A stretch of 25,717 bases of DNA, taken from contig JBHLMI010000031.1 in assembly GCA_048938295.1 (NCBI GenBank), forward strand, positions 1 to 25,717, in the 5' to 3' direction. The position numbers and the translations under genes were made by a program. Below the pieces are notes generated by a model that saw only the letters and a list, made by a program, of their open reading frames with translations, had not been told where the DNA came from and searched no databases. Shown piece after piece: positions 17,041-25,019 of this stretch (position 1 is its first letter; each line of letters opens with the position of its first letter). This DNA comes from Promethearchaeota archaeon. Its GTDB lineage: Archaea; Asgardarchaeota; Hermodarchaeia; Hermodarchaeales; Hermodarchaeaceae.

Positions 17041-17387
17041 ATGATGAAAAAGGTGTAAAGCTACATCGATGCAGTGACGAACGAAAGAAAACGACTTTTT
17101 TGAAAAACTCCAATCATTGATCCTTAGACTATATCCAACTGTTGACATCTGCCTTTCTTACAAGATACCAACCTACAAAATCGAGTCAGGATGGGTCGCA
17201 TTAGGCCTTTGGAAAGATGGTGTCTCAATATACACCAATAACCCCCATCATATAGCGCCATTCAAATCTACCTTCCACAAGATCAAGACAGGCAAAGCCA
17301 GTATCAATTTGAAAGTAAATGATGGTTGATGAAGCCGCTCTAGAACAGGTCATCAATAGGGCAATAGAAAACTGGACAGAATCCTAA
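17041..17387 (+). pseudogene. DUF1801 (YdhG-like) family pseudogene
   Basis: Reassembled reading: MMKKV*SYIDAVTNERKRLF / EKLQSLILRLYPTVDICLSYKIPTYKIESGWVALGLWKDGVSIY...KIKTGKASINLKVND / VDEAALEQVINRAIENWTES. In-frame TAA at 17056-17058, +1 shift in the T6 run at 17096-17101, and a second +1 shift near 17324. GGTG ribosome-binding site before ATG 17041. Confidence 0.8.
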
Positions 17388-17495
17388 CCATGGCCTTTCT
17401 GATAACTGATTTTTAGACAACTAAAATAAATTTCGGGTGTAGGTAAGGTTATTAGGAGTCATCACGACACTGTACGACTATTCGGGGTTTAACCA

Positions 17496-18392
17496 ATGGA
17501 ACTGAACGGAGTAGAAGTCGAAGATACCTTCGCAGAAGCCTTCGACATGCAAGTTGCCCGTATTCTAATGACTGCTGCAACTGAAAACTGGGCAAGGACA
17601 TGCGCCTATTCTGCAGCTGGATTTGCCACATCAGTCATCGAATGCAAAGTTGAAGCAGGAATCGACCAGATAATCCCAAAGACTGAGACACCAGATAAAC
17701 GGCCAGGCATTACACTACTCTTCGCCGCTTTGAAATCAAAGGATTTGGCTAAAGAGCTACGGAAGCGAACCGGCCAATGCATTCTCACCTGCCCTACTAC
17801 GAACGTATACAATGCATTGGATACTGCAGAGGAATGGGTTGATGTTGGGAATCAACTCCGCTATTTCGGTGACGGATTCGAAGATCGAAAACGTGTAGGA
17901 GACAAATTACTCGCCTGGCGAATACCTGTCATCGAAGGCGAATTCGTTATTGAAGAGAAATTTGGAATTAAAGCTGGCGTTGGTGGTGGAAATCTGATTC
18001 TAATGGGCAAAACCCCTAGGGCGACGCTAAAAGCCGCTGAAGCCGCCGTTCAGGCCGTACACACAGTTGATGGGTGTGTGACACCATTTCCTGGCGGTAT
18101 TTGTCGCAGTGGAAGCCAAGTAGGCTCCAAATATGATTTCTTGAAAGCTTCCACCAATGTGCGCCTTTGTCCCACGCTGCGAGAACATATCCCCAATAGC
18201 CTTGTTCCTCCTGATGTCAACAGTGTACTTGAAATCGTTCTGAATGGTCTCAGTAAAAATGCTGTGCAAGATGGTATGGGTGCAGCGTTAAGGGCTGCTG
18301 TTAAAGTTCCTGATCTTGTGAAGGTTTCTGCTGTGAATTTTGAAGGGAAACTCGGAAAACACAAACTCCATCTGAAGAGTCTCCTTGACTAA
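17496..18392 (+). CDS. ftr: Formylmethanofuran--tetrahydromethanopterin N-formyltransferase
   Basis: MELNGVEVEDTFAEAF, GFATSVI, TPDKRPG, GQCILTCPTT, LRYFGDGF and GGICRSGSQVGSKY...ASTN...CPTLR motifs. Confidence 0.97.
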   Translation: MELNGVEVEDTFAEAFDMQVARILMTAATENWARTCAYSAAGFATSVIECKVEAGIDQIIPKTETPDKRPGITLLFAALKSKDLAKELRKRTGQCILTCPTTNVYNALDTAEEWVDVGNQLRYFGDGFEDRKRVGDKLLAWRIPVIEGEFVIEEKFGIKAGVGGGNLILMGKTPRATLKAAEAAVQAVHTVDGCVTPFPGGICRSGSQVGSKYDFLKASTNVRLCPTLREHIPNSLVPPDVNSVLEIVLNGLSKNAVQDGMGAALRAAVKVPDLVKVSAVNFEGKLGKHKLHLKSLLD

Positions 18393-18553
18393 ACTCGATA
18401 GCATAAACTGATCTTCTCCCTTTTTCGCAATCATGCATAGAGGATTTACCATCGTAACGAAAGACACTTATCTCAAATTTCAAGAGACTAAAAATGAGAA
18501 GAGGTTGGGGAAACAGTCACTTCTCTACATATACCCATCCATGGTGGTGTATC

Positions 18554-19990
18554 ATGCCTACCTCTAAGAATGCTACCAGTAAGTTGGAAAAAGCTGAAGC
18601 TGAGTATCGCCACCTGTTTGAAAGCGTTCCCGTGGGCTTATTCCGAACCAAACCAGGAATTGGCGAAATTCTAGATGCAAATCCTGCCCTAGTCAATATG
18701 CTAGGATTCCCAAACAAGGAAGCACTCCTCAAGAGAAAGGCTTCATCGTTTTATGTTGATCCAAATGCCAGACGAAAGTGGGAGCAAAAGGTGGCAAAGG
18801 AAGACGCCGTCATGGGATTTGAGACTCAATTTCGACGACTAGATGGTCGTCTAATTTGGGTTCTCCTGAGTAGTCGAGCGTTTCGAAATGCTCAGGGCAA
18901 AGTCATCTATTATGAAGGCACCATTGAAGACATTACCGATCGTAGACACGCCCAAGAAGCTCTTGCCGAGAGTGAGGAACGATACCGACTTTTCTTCGAA
19001 AACCTAACTGATGTTCTCCTACATTTTGACAGGAACCTAAACATTATCGATGTATCACCATCAATTGAAGCCCATTTAGGGTACCATCCCGATGAGTTGA
19101 AGGGAAAACCCTATCCGAGTATAGGCTTTCTCCCCCCTGAACTCCTGCCACAAGCCCTTGAAAACACAAGGCGGCTCTTTGCCGGTGAGGAGGTCGGTCC
19201 CCACGAATATCCTTTCATTGCCAAGGATGGCTCACGGGTTTGGGGTGAAGTCAGTAGTAAACAGGTATATCGCAATGGGAAAATCGTTGCTCTATACTCA
19301 CTAGTCCGGGATATTCATGATCGCAAACTAACTGAAATCGAATTACAGAACACAAATCGTGACCTCGAACTCTATGCAAAGTTACTGCGCCACGATCTCA
19401 TCAACGATATTCAAGTAATCTTCAGCAACACAGAACTTATCGAAATGCAGATTCCTGAGGATTCGGAACTTCGTGACTTTCTCGAAGCCTCCAGAGGGGC
19501 AGCAGACCGAATGATTCGTCTTCTCAATCTCTTACGACGTCCAGAACAAGAGGTTGAAAAAGAAATCGTAATCCTCATCGACCGGGTGGCAAAGCAGGCG
19601 ATGCAAACCCATAAGCAACTCGCCATAAAGGTGAATGCTCCGAAAAAACTCAAAAAAGTCCGTGTTGCAGGTGGCCGACTTCTGCCCGTAGTTTTTGTCA
19701 ATCTCTTCAGAAACGCCGCTCAGCATGCGGGAGCAAAACCGGAAGTCGATGTCACAATTGCTCAAAAAGCTGACAAAATACAAATCAATGTGGCTGATAA
19801 TGGCCCAGGTGTACCAAAGAAGCTCCAAGCGAAACTCTTTGAACGTAGCAATACCACTGATGGTGGAGGCTTAGGGCTGAATCTAGTCAAACGTGTTCTC
19901 GAAGCCTACGATGGCTCAATCGAATTCATCCCGAAAAAAGGCAAAGAAGGTGCTGAATTTCGCATCTTCTTGCCGGTAGAGGAATCCTAA
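18554..19990 (+). CDS. Cytoplasmic PAS-PAS sensor histidine kinase
   Basis: Two PAS/PAC units (each ending DITDR or DIHDR), H-box LLRHDL, N-box VNLFRNAAQH, G1 DNGPG and G2 GGGLGL. No TM segment. Start placed at ATG 18554 after GGTGGTG. Confidence 0.9.
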   Translation: MPTSKNATSKLEKAEAEYRHLFESVPVGLFRTKPGIGEILDANPALVNMLGFPNKEALLKRKASSFYVDPNARRKWEQKVAKEDAVMGFETQFRRLDGRLIWVLLSSRAFRNAQGKVIYYEGTIEDITDRRHAQEALAESEERYRLFFENLTDVLLHFDRNLNIIDVSPSIEAHLGYHPDELKGKPYPSIGFLPPELLPQALENTRRLFAGEEVGPHEYPFIAKDGSRVWGEVSSKQVYRNGKIVALYSLVRDIHDRKLTEIELQNTNRDLELYAKLLRHDLINDIQVIFSNTELIEMQIPEDSELRDFLEASRGAADRMIRLLNLLRRPEQEVEKEIVILIDRVAKQAMQTHKQLAIKVNAPKKLKKVRVAGGRLLPVVFVNLFRNAAQHAGAKPEVDVTIAQKADKIQINVADNGPGVPKKLQAKLFERSNTTDGGGLGLNLVKRVLEAYDGSIEFIPKKGKEGAEFRIFLPVEES

Positions 19991-20002
19991 GTTTCAACTT
20001 AA

Positions 20003-20024
20003 CGGAACCATTGTCAAGGTTCCG
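20003..20024. terminator. Hairpin, probable bidirectional terminator between convergent kinase and YHS genes
   Basis: CGGAACC-ATTGTCAA-GGTTCCG, a 7-bp perfect stem 12 nt after the kinase stop and 1 nt beyond the YHS stop. Confidence 0.55.
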
Positions 20025-20025
20025 A

Positions 20026-20169
20026 TTAGGACGTATACTTTTCTGGATTCTTATCGAACTCTGCTTTACAACCAGGGGCGCAGAAATAGTAGGTTTTTCC
20101 TTTATATTTTGAAGTCCACTTTGCCGTTTTCTCATTGACTTTCATTTTACAGATTGGATCAATTGCCAC
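20026..20169 (-). CDS. Small YHS/TRASH-domain protein, probable copper metallochaperone (47 aa, not in ORF track)
   Basis: Hand translation [47 protein letters not shown] gives DPxC...YYFCxxxC...FxxNPxxY. GTG start with GAGGTG ribosome-binding site 5 nt upstream. Divergent from padR-copA. Confidence 0.92.
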   Translation of the reverse strand: MAIDPICKMKVNEKTAKWTSKYKGKTYYFCAPGCKAEFDKNPEKYTS

Positions 20170-20226
20170 AGAATCACCTCGTAGACGTCTTTAATATTTA
20201 ATTAGGTGTGTAACATCATTATATTA

Positions 20227-20246
20227 ATATATCGGATAGGATATAT
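20227..20246. promoter_or_regulatory. 7-6-7 inverted repeat, candidate PadR-TRASH operator
   Basis: ATATATC-GGATAG-GATATAT, overlapping the AT-rich TATA-like ATATTAATAT (20221-20230) in the divergent yhs/padR promoter region. Confidence 0.55.
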
Positions 20247-20284
20247 CTACCTCGTAATAAAATACCTCTTCAGGGTGAATGCGC

Positions 20285-20740
20285 ATGAGTGAAAAGCCAC
20301 TAGACACAGTATTAGACGATCTGGCCAAACTGTATATCCTCTTAGTACTCAATGAAGGCCCAACTCATGGATACGGCATAATTCGGAAGTACAATACACG
20401 ATCTGGCCGCTCGCTTAGCGCTGGAACCCTCTATCCCTTCTTACAAAAACTAGAGCAACAGGGTCTGGTCACATCTGAGGATAAGTCAGTGGGTAAACGC
20501 CCTCGACGTGAATATTGTCTTACTCGAAAGGGGCGGAGTTCAGTGAGCCAGCTATTGGATCGATTCGCATCACTTACTGCTGCAGTCTTTGAGTCAAATC
20601 TGCAGGTATGTGCTAGTTGCGGCTGTAAAGTCTATGAAGGGGCGCATCTCGAAGAGATAAACGGCAAGCAAATGGCATTTTGCTGTCAACACTGTGCGGC
20701 TGCATACCAAATTCAGCTCCAAAACCAAACAGACAGTTAA
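20285..20740 (+). CDS. PadR-family regulator with C-terminal TRASH (Cys-rich metal-binding) domain
   Basis: PadR wHTH (GPTHGYGII...SAGTLYPFLQKLE..GLV...RREYCLT..G) followed by CASCG...FCCQHC. GGGTGA ribosome-binding site favours ATG 20285. Confidence 0.88.
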   Translation: MSEKPLDTVLDDLAKLYILLVLNEGPTHGYGIIRKYNTRSGRSLSAGTLYPFLQKLEQQGLVTSEDKSVGKRPRREYCLTRKGRSSVSQLLDRFASLTAAVFESNLQVCASCGCKVYEGAHLEEINGKQMAFCCQHCAAAYQIQLQNQTDS

Positions 20741-20756
20741 CCAAAGGTGAGTAACA

Positions 20757-23219
20757 TTGAAGGAACAATCGAAACAGGAACCAGAAACAGAACGGCTTTC
20801 AATGCGTATCGAAGGAATGCATTGTGCTGCATGTGTTACTACAATCGAGAAAGCTCTACTCGAACAACAGGGTGTTACAAAGGTCTCAGTTAATCTACTG
20901 GAACAGAAGGCCACCGTTGATTTAATTCCTGGTCAAGTGACCCGTGAAGCCCTCGAAGAAACCGTCATATCAACAGGCTACACGCCAAAAAGAGCCACCA
21001 TGACGCTGACTCTTTCACCCTCCCCTCGTTCAGATGAATGGGCGTTCATAACAAAGACCGTTCAGGGAATCAACGGAGTACTCTCAGTTAAAGAACACAT
21101 GATGTCCGGTCGGTTGGTTGTCGAATATGATGAGCTGCTAGTCACTCTGAAAACTGTGCGGAACAGTTTGAAATCAATTGGATTTGATATTGTCGCCGAA
21201 ACGACCACTGACATTGATCGTGAAGCAATGACACGCAAGCACGAAATCCGCTACTACTCTTGGCTCTTGGCTTTTACGATCCTATTCACTATTCCAATTG
21301 TCTTAGTTTCGTTTTTCCCTTACCTTCTTACTCCTTATCTTCCTCCAGGAATCACTCCTGCTGTAATTCTGTTCCTGCTTACAACACCCGTTCAATTTTA
21401 TGGTGGTTATCCGTTTTATAAGTCAGCTTTGAATGCCGCTAGACATGGCAAAACGAACATGGATACCCTCATAATGTTGGGCACAAGTGTGGCTTATTTC
21501 TACTCTATTGCAGCCACGTTTCTTCTGACAGGTCAGGAAATATTCTATAACTCTGCAGCCTTGTTGATTACTTTTATTCTTCTGGGCCGAACGTTGGAGG
21601 CATTTGCGAAAGGACAGACTTCTAAAGCAATCCGTGCATTAATGGACTTACAACCTAAAACTGCCATCGTTTTCCGAGATGGTGAAGAAATCACCATCCC
21701 AACAGATGAGGTTGAAGTAGAAGATCGATTACTTGTTCGCCCAGGCGCTCAGATTCCCGTGGATGGATATATAGTTGAAGGTCAATCATCAGTTAATGAA
21801 GCTATGATTACAGGCGAATCCATTCCGGTGAGTAAAAAGGTGGATGATGAAGTCATCGGTGGAACGATTAATGAAACGGGAATATTAGTAATTGAGGCAA
21901 CGAAGGTTGGATCAGATACTGTTCTTGCACAGATTATTCACATGGTTGAAGAGGCACAAACCCATAAACCACCAATTCAACGAAAAGCCGATGCCATCGC
22001 CGAAAAGTTCGTCCCATTCATCATCCTTCTGTCCCTTGTCGTTTTTACAGCTTGGCTAATCCTAATCATCTTCACACCTTGGTTTCCAGGACTCACTTGG
22101 GTCGCAGCCATAGGTTTTTCAATCGCAGTGTTAGTTGCCGCCTGTCCTTGTGCACTTGGGTTAGCTACGCCTGCGGCTCTAATGGTAGGTATTGGTCGGG
22201 GTGCACAGCTTGGAATTCTAATAAAAACTGGTGAAGGTCTAGAAGTCATTCCGCAAGTAGACACAATGGTTTTTGACAAAACTGGCACTCTAACCATCGG
22301 AAAACCCACAGTAACGGATATCCTCCCAGCAGGAGACATTGACGCCAAAGAAGCCCTTTCCTACATCGCATCAGCTGAAAAATATAGTGAACATCCACTC
22401 GCGAACGCAGTGGTTCAATATGCTGAAAAAACTAATATCCCGGTTTTTAAAATCAATGACTTTAGTTCCATCACAGGAAAGGGTGTTCAAGCTGTGGTTG
22501 AGAAACATACCATCCTTGTTGGAAACGACCTTCTCATGCAGGAGCATGAAATTGACATTACTGAACTGAAACCACATCTTGCCGACCTTCAAAAGGCAGG
22601 AAAAACCACAATCTTTGCTGCCAGAGACGGACGTCTCCTCGCTTTGATTGCCATCGCGGATACGCTCAAGCCTCAATCGGCTCGAGCAGTTGCACAGCTA
22701 CAAAAAATGGACATCGATGTAATTATGCTCACAGGAGATAAACAACAAACCGCAGAGGCGATTGGTCAACAAGCAGGAATCTCTAGCGTAATCGCACAGG
22801 TTCTACCTGAAGATAAATCCCACGAAATCCAGAAACTCCAAGCAAAGGAACATACCGTCGCTATGGCTGGTGATGGAATCAATGATGCTCCTGCGCTTGC
22901 TCAAGCAGATGTCGGAATCGCTCTGGGTTCTGGAACCGATGTTTCCGTTGAAACCGGTGATATCGTACTAGTCCGAGACAGTCTCCTCGATGTAGTGACC
23001 GCAGTTCAGTTGGGAAAGAAAACCGTTTCTAAAATTCGGCAAGGCTTCTTCTGGGCTCTGATCTACAATGCTATTCTTCTCCCTATTGCTGCAGGGGCAT
23101 TATATCCCTATATTTTCCTTCGTCCCGAATGGGCTGCATTAGCTATGGCTCTGTCCAGTGTAAGCGTGCTCACAAATGCCCTACTCTTGCAGCGATTCAA
23201 ACCCCTTCTTGAGTCCTAA
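20757..23219 (+). CDS. copA: Copper(I)/silver-translocating P1B-1 ATPase
   Basis: N-terminal GMHCAAC metal-binding domain, TGES, TM CPC, DKTGT, SEHP, GDGIND, TM YN and MALSS signature of Cu+ pumps. AGGTGA ribosome-binding site with TTG start. Confidence 0.95.
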   Translation: MKEQSKQEPETERLSMRIEGMHCAACVTTIEKALLEQQGVTKVSVNLLEQKATVDLIPGQVTREALEETVISTGYTPKRATMTLTLSPSPRSDEWAFITKTVQGINGVLSVKEHMMSGRLVVEYDELLVTLKTVRNSLKSIGFDIVAETTTDIDREAMTRKHEIRYYSWLLAFTILFTIPIVLVSFFPYLLTPYLPPGITPAVILFLLTTPVQFYGGYPFYKSALNAARHGKTNMDTLIMLGTSVAYFYSIAATFLLTGQEIFYNSAALLITFILLGRTLEAFAKGQTSKAIRALMDLQPKTAIVFRDGEEITIPTDEVEVEDRLLVRPGAQIPVDGYIVEGQSSVNEAMITGESIPVSKKVDDEVIGGTINETGILVIEATKVGSDTVLAQIIHMVEEAQTHKPPIQRKADAIAEKFVPFIILLSLVVFTAWLILIIFTPWFPGLTWVAAIGFSIAVLVAACPCALGLATPAALMVGIGRGAQLGILIKTGEGLEVIPQVDTMVFDKTGTLTIGKPTVTDILPAGDIDAKEALSYIASAEKYSEHPLANAVVQYAEKTNIPVFKINDFSSITGKGVQAVVEKHTILVGNDLLMQEHEIDITELKPHLADLQKAGKTTIFAARDGRLLALIAIADTLKPQSARAVAQLQKMDIDVIMLTGDKQQTAEAIGQQAGISSVIAQVLPEDKSHEIQKLQAKEHTVAMAGDGINDAPALAQADVGIALGSGTDVSVETGDIVLVRDSLLDVVTAVQLGKKTVSKIRQGFFWALIYNAILLPIAAGALYPYIFLRPEWAALAMALSSVSVLTNALLLQRFKPLLES

Positions 23220-23471
23220 TAATATGTGAATCAAGGAATAATTGAAGAACAACTTTAAAGAAGCCTCCAAATTTTTTCGACATTCAAACAACAAGCAAAT
23301 CTTCCCTCTACTGCTACAGAAAACCGAAATGGAAACGCAGAGAACAAATGGCAAACATAATACTCTTAACCGTCAATTACCGAGCAATCAATGGGCAACG
23401 CAAGCGGGGATTACTTGCAACACCTACATTGTATACCAAACAAGACGAAAGTGAAACGGACAGTGCATTCA

Positions 23472-23837
23472 ATGGCATCGATCTTCATCGTTGATGACGA
23501 AGAGAACCTGCACCAAATTTACAAGGCTCTCTTCCAGATGAAAGGTCATAAAGTAATCGGCTCTGCATTCGATGGCCACGAAGCAGTCCAACTCTTTTTA
23601 ACGATGGACCCCAAACCCGATGTCATTATCATGGACCATCGGATGCCGCGTATGGACGGAATTAGCGCGACAAAAATGATTCAAGAAATCGATACGCACT
23701 CTAAAATTATCTTCGTGAGTGCTGATGAAACTGTTCGCGCAGAGGCTATAGATGCAGGCGCAGCAGTTTTCCAAGTAAAACCCGTGCGTGCCAAAGAGCT
23801 TTTCAAAATCATTGAAATGATAGCTGAGGACAACTAA
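23472..23837 (+). CDS. Stand-alone response regulator receiver protein
   Basis: IVDDE acidic pocket, phosphoacceptor Asp in MDHRMP, VSA and KP. No output domain. Start placed at ATG 23472. Confidence 0.9.
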   Translation: MASIFIVDDEENLHQIYKALFQMKGHKVIGSAFDGHEAVQLFLTMDPKPDVIIMDHRMPRMDGISATKMIQEIDTHSKIIFVSADETVRAEAIDAGAAVFQVKPVRAKELFKIIEMIAEDN

Positions 23838-23859
23838 AATCCTCTGCACCCGACAAACT

Positions 23860-23910
23860 AGAAAAAGAAGTGAACCAGTCGAACAGTCCCCGTTCACCAG
23901 TCGACTGGTT
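23860..23910 (-). terminator. Hairpin plus U-tract downstream of the BPL-N gene
   Basis: AACCAGTCGA (23873-23882) pairs perfectly with TCGACTGGTT (23901-23910). On the minus strand it is followed by TTCTTTTTCT (23860-23869). Confidence 0.55.
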
Positions 23911-23917
23911 GCCTGAG

Positions 23918-24844
23918 TCAAGTTATGCTCCGTTTCCGAACCAGGAAGAATGCTATCCCTGCAACGACAATTACCGTGATGACACCAATCACAATTAGAA
24001 TTCCACCAATCCCACTTAATGGATTGGGTGGAGCGGTCTCTAAAGACTCATCGATGAGCCATTGAACCATCTTTTCTAAGAGACCCCACTCTGAGTCGGG
24101 ATCATTAAGATAATCGTATTGGGTGGTTCCGTCCCGGTCGCTGCCTTCTTCAAATTCAGGGTGTGGCCCACAGATGGATATAGTGCCGTATCCATAGTGA
24201 GAAACGCACAGGGCGATACCATCATTTGCGGCAAATGACATAATTGGGATAACCTCATCCGAATTATTTGGGTCGAAATAATGGGAACCCCAGTAGAGAG
24301 ATAGATAGGATGCTGGTTCATCAGATAAGTCTGGACCAGTTGAACCCTGATTAACATTCATCTCGACCAATTGGGGACCTCCAGAAATTCCTGGAATGGG
24401 GTATCTCCATTCACCTTGACATAGCTCAAGGGTCCGTGTGGCAAACATCCCACCCCCACAGATACCAAAATACGACCCACCATTTGCAATAAATTGTCGG
24501 ATAAGCTGTACTCCTACTTCACCAACGTAAATTGCATAGAGCTCTGGAGACCCGCCTGGAAAAGCAAGTAAATCGAGAGTATACAAGGTTCCATTTAGAA
24601 TGCTTGTCTCGTCAACCCAAATGACTGTTGGTCCCATCCATACCATGAGACTGTGCAAAGCGGTTGCACAATCATCATCAGCCCCTGGTCCATTATATAC
24701 ACCGACATGAATGTTAGTTAAATCGGTTTGTGCGTGCACAATCATTCTGTCAGAGGTAAGGGGAAGAAATAGACTGACCAGGACAAAACTAACCAGAGTG
24801 TAAACCACTCCTTGAGTGAATTTCTTAGAGACAACGCTGTTCAC
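23918..24844 (-). CDS. Secreted, C-terminally membrane-anchored BPL-N / class I glutamine-amidotransferase-like protein
   Basis: N-terminal signal peptide (ending VHA), VGVYNGPG, AFPGG, GGSYFGICGGG (nucleophile elbow), GPHPE, then a C-terminal TM helix followed by RKR. GAGGAG ribosome-binding site with GTG start. Confidence 0.8.
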   Translation of the reverse strand: MNSVVSKKFTQGVVYTLVSFVLVSLFLPLTSDRMIVHAQTDLTNIHVGVYNGPGADDDCATALHSLMVWMGPTVIWVDETSILNGTLYTLDLLAFPGGSPELYAIYVGEVGVQLIRQFIANGGSYFGICGGGMFATRTLELCQGEWRYPIPGISGGPQLVEMNVNQGSTGPDLSDEPASYLSLYWGSHYFDPNNSDEVIPIMSFAANDGIALCVSHYGYGTISICGPHPEFEEGSDRDGTTQYDYLNDPDSEWGLLEKMVQWLIDESLETAPPNPLSGIGGILIVIGVITVIVVAGIAFFLVRKRSIT

Positions 24845-25019
24845 TTTTCGATTCTCCTCTGCTAGTCTGTTTTCGATTACTATTCAATTCGAATCTAGCA
24901 GTTACTGGATTTGGACGCGAAATCTCTCAAATATTCTCGTTAGCCGGCAAGTTCGGAATAGAGTCTATAGCCTGTTAATCTTGGGTATTTTTCGAACAAC
25001 TTGGTGCGAAAAAATGAAC

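Noticed and set aside
17010-17059. Direct repeats GGTGTAAA (17031, 17052) and GATGAAA as a possible operator
   Set aside because: The first copy is the SD of the DUF1801 pseudogene and the second lies in its coding sequence, including the nonsense codon.
18301-18483. Minus-strand ORF beginning MKFEISVFRYD, reminiscent of an SdhB/FrdB N-terminus
   Set aside because: No Cys clusters follow, there is no SD, and half of it is antisense to the conserved ftr 3' end.
19926-20135. 69-aa minus-strand ORF in the ORF track
   Set aside because: It is a different frame of the same DNA that encodes the convincing YHS protein at 20026-20169.
23220-23471. Short ORFs between copA and the receiver gene (23242-23454, and the N-terminal extension from 23391)
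   Set aside because: Translation of the three forward frames gave nothing recognisable and no SD, so I treated it as intergenic.
215-24357. Numerous 60-185 aa ORFs antisense to or out of frame within the called genes (for example 13370-13927, 21977-22348, 3657-3995)
   Set aside because: They are shadow ORFs of well-supported coding sequences and have no motifs of their own.
23918-24844. Biotin-protein ligase annotation
   Set aside because: There is no BirA/LplA catalytic domain, and the protein has export and anchor signals.
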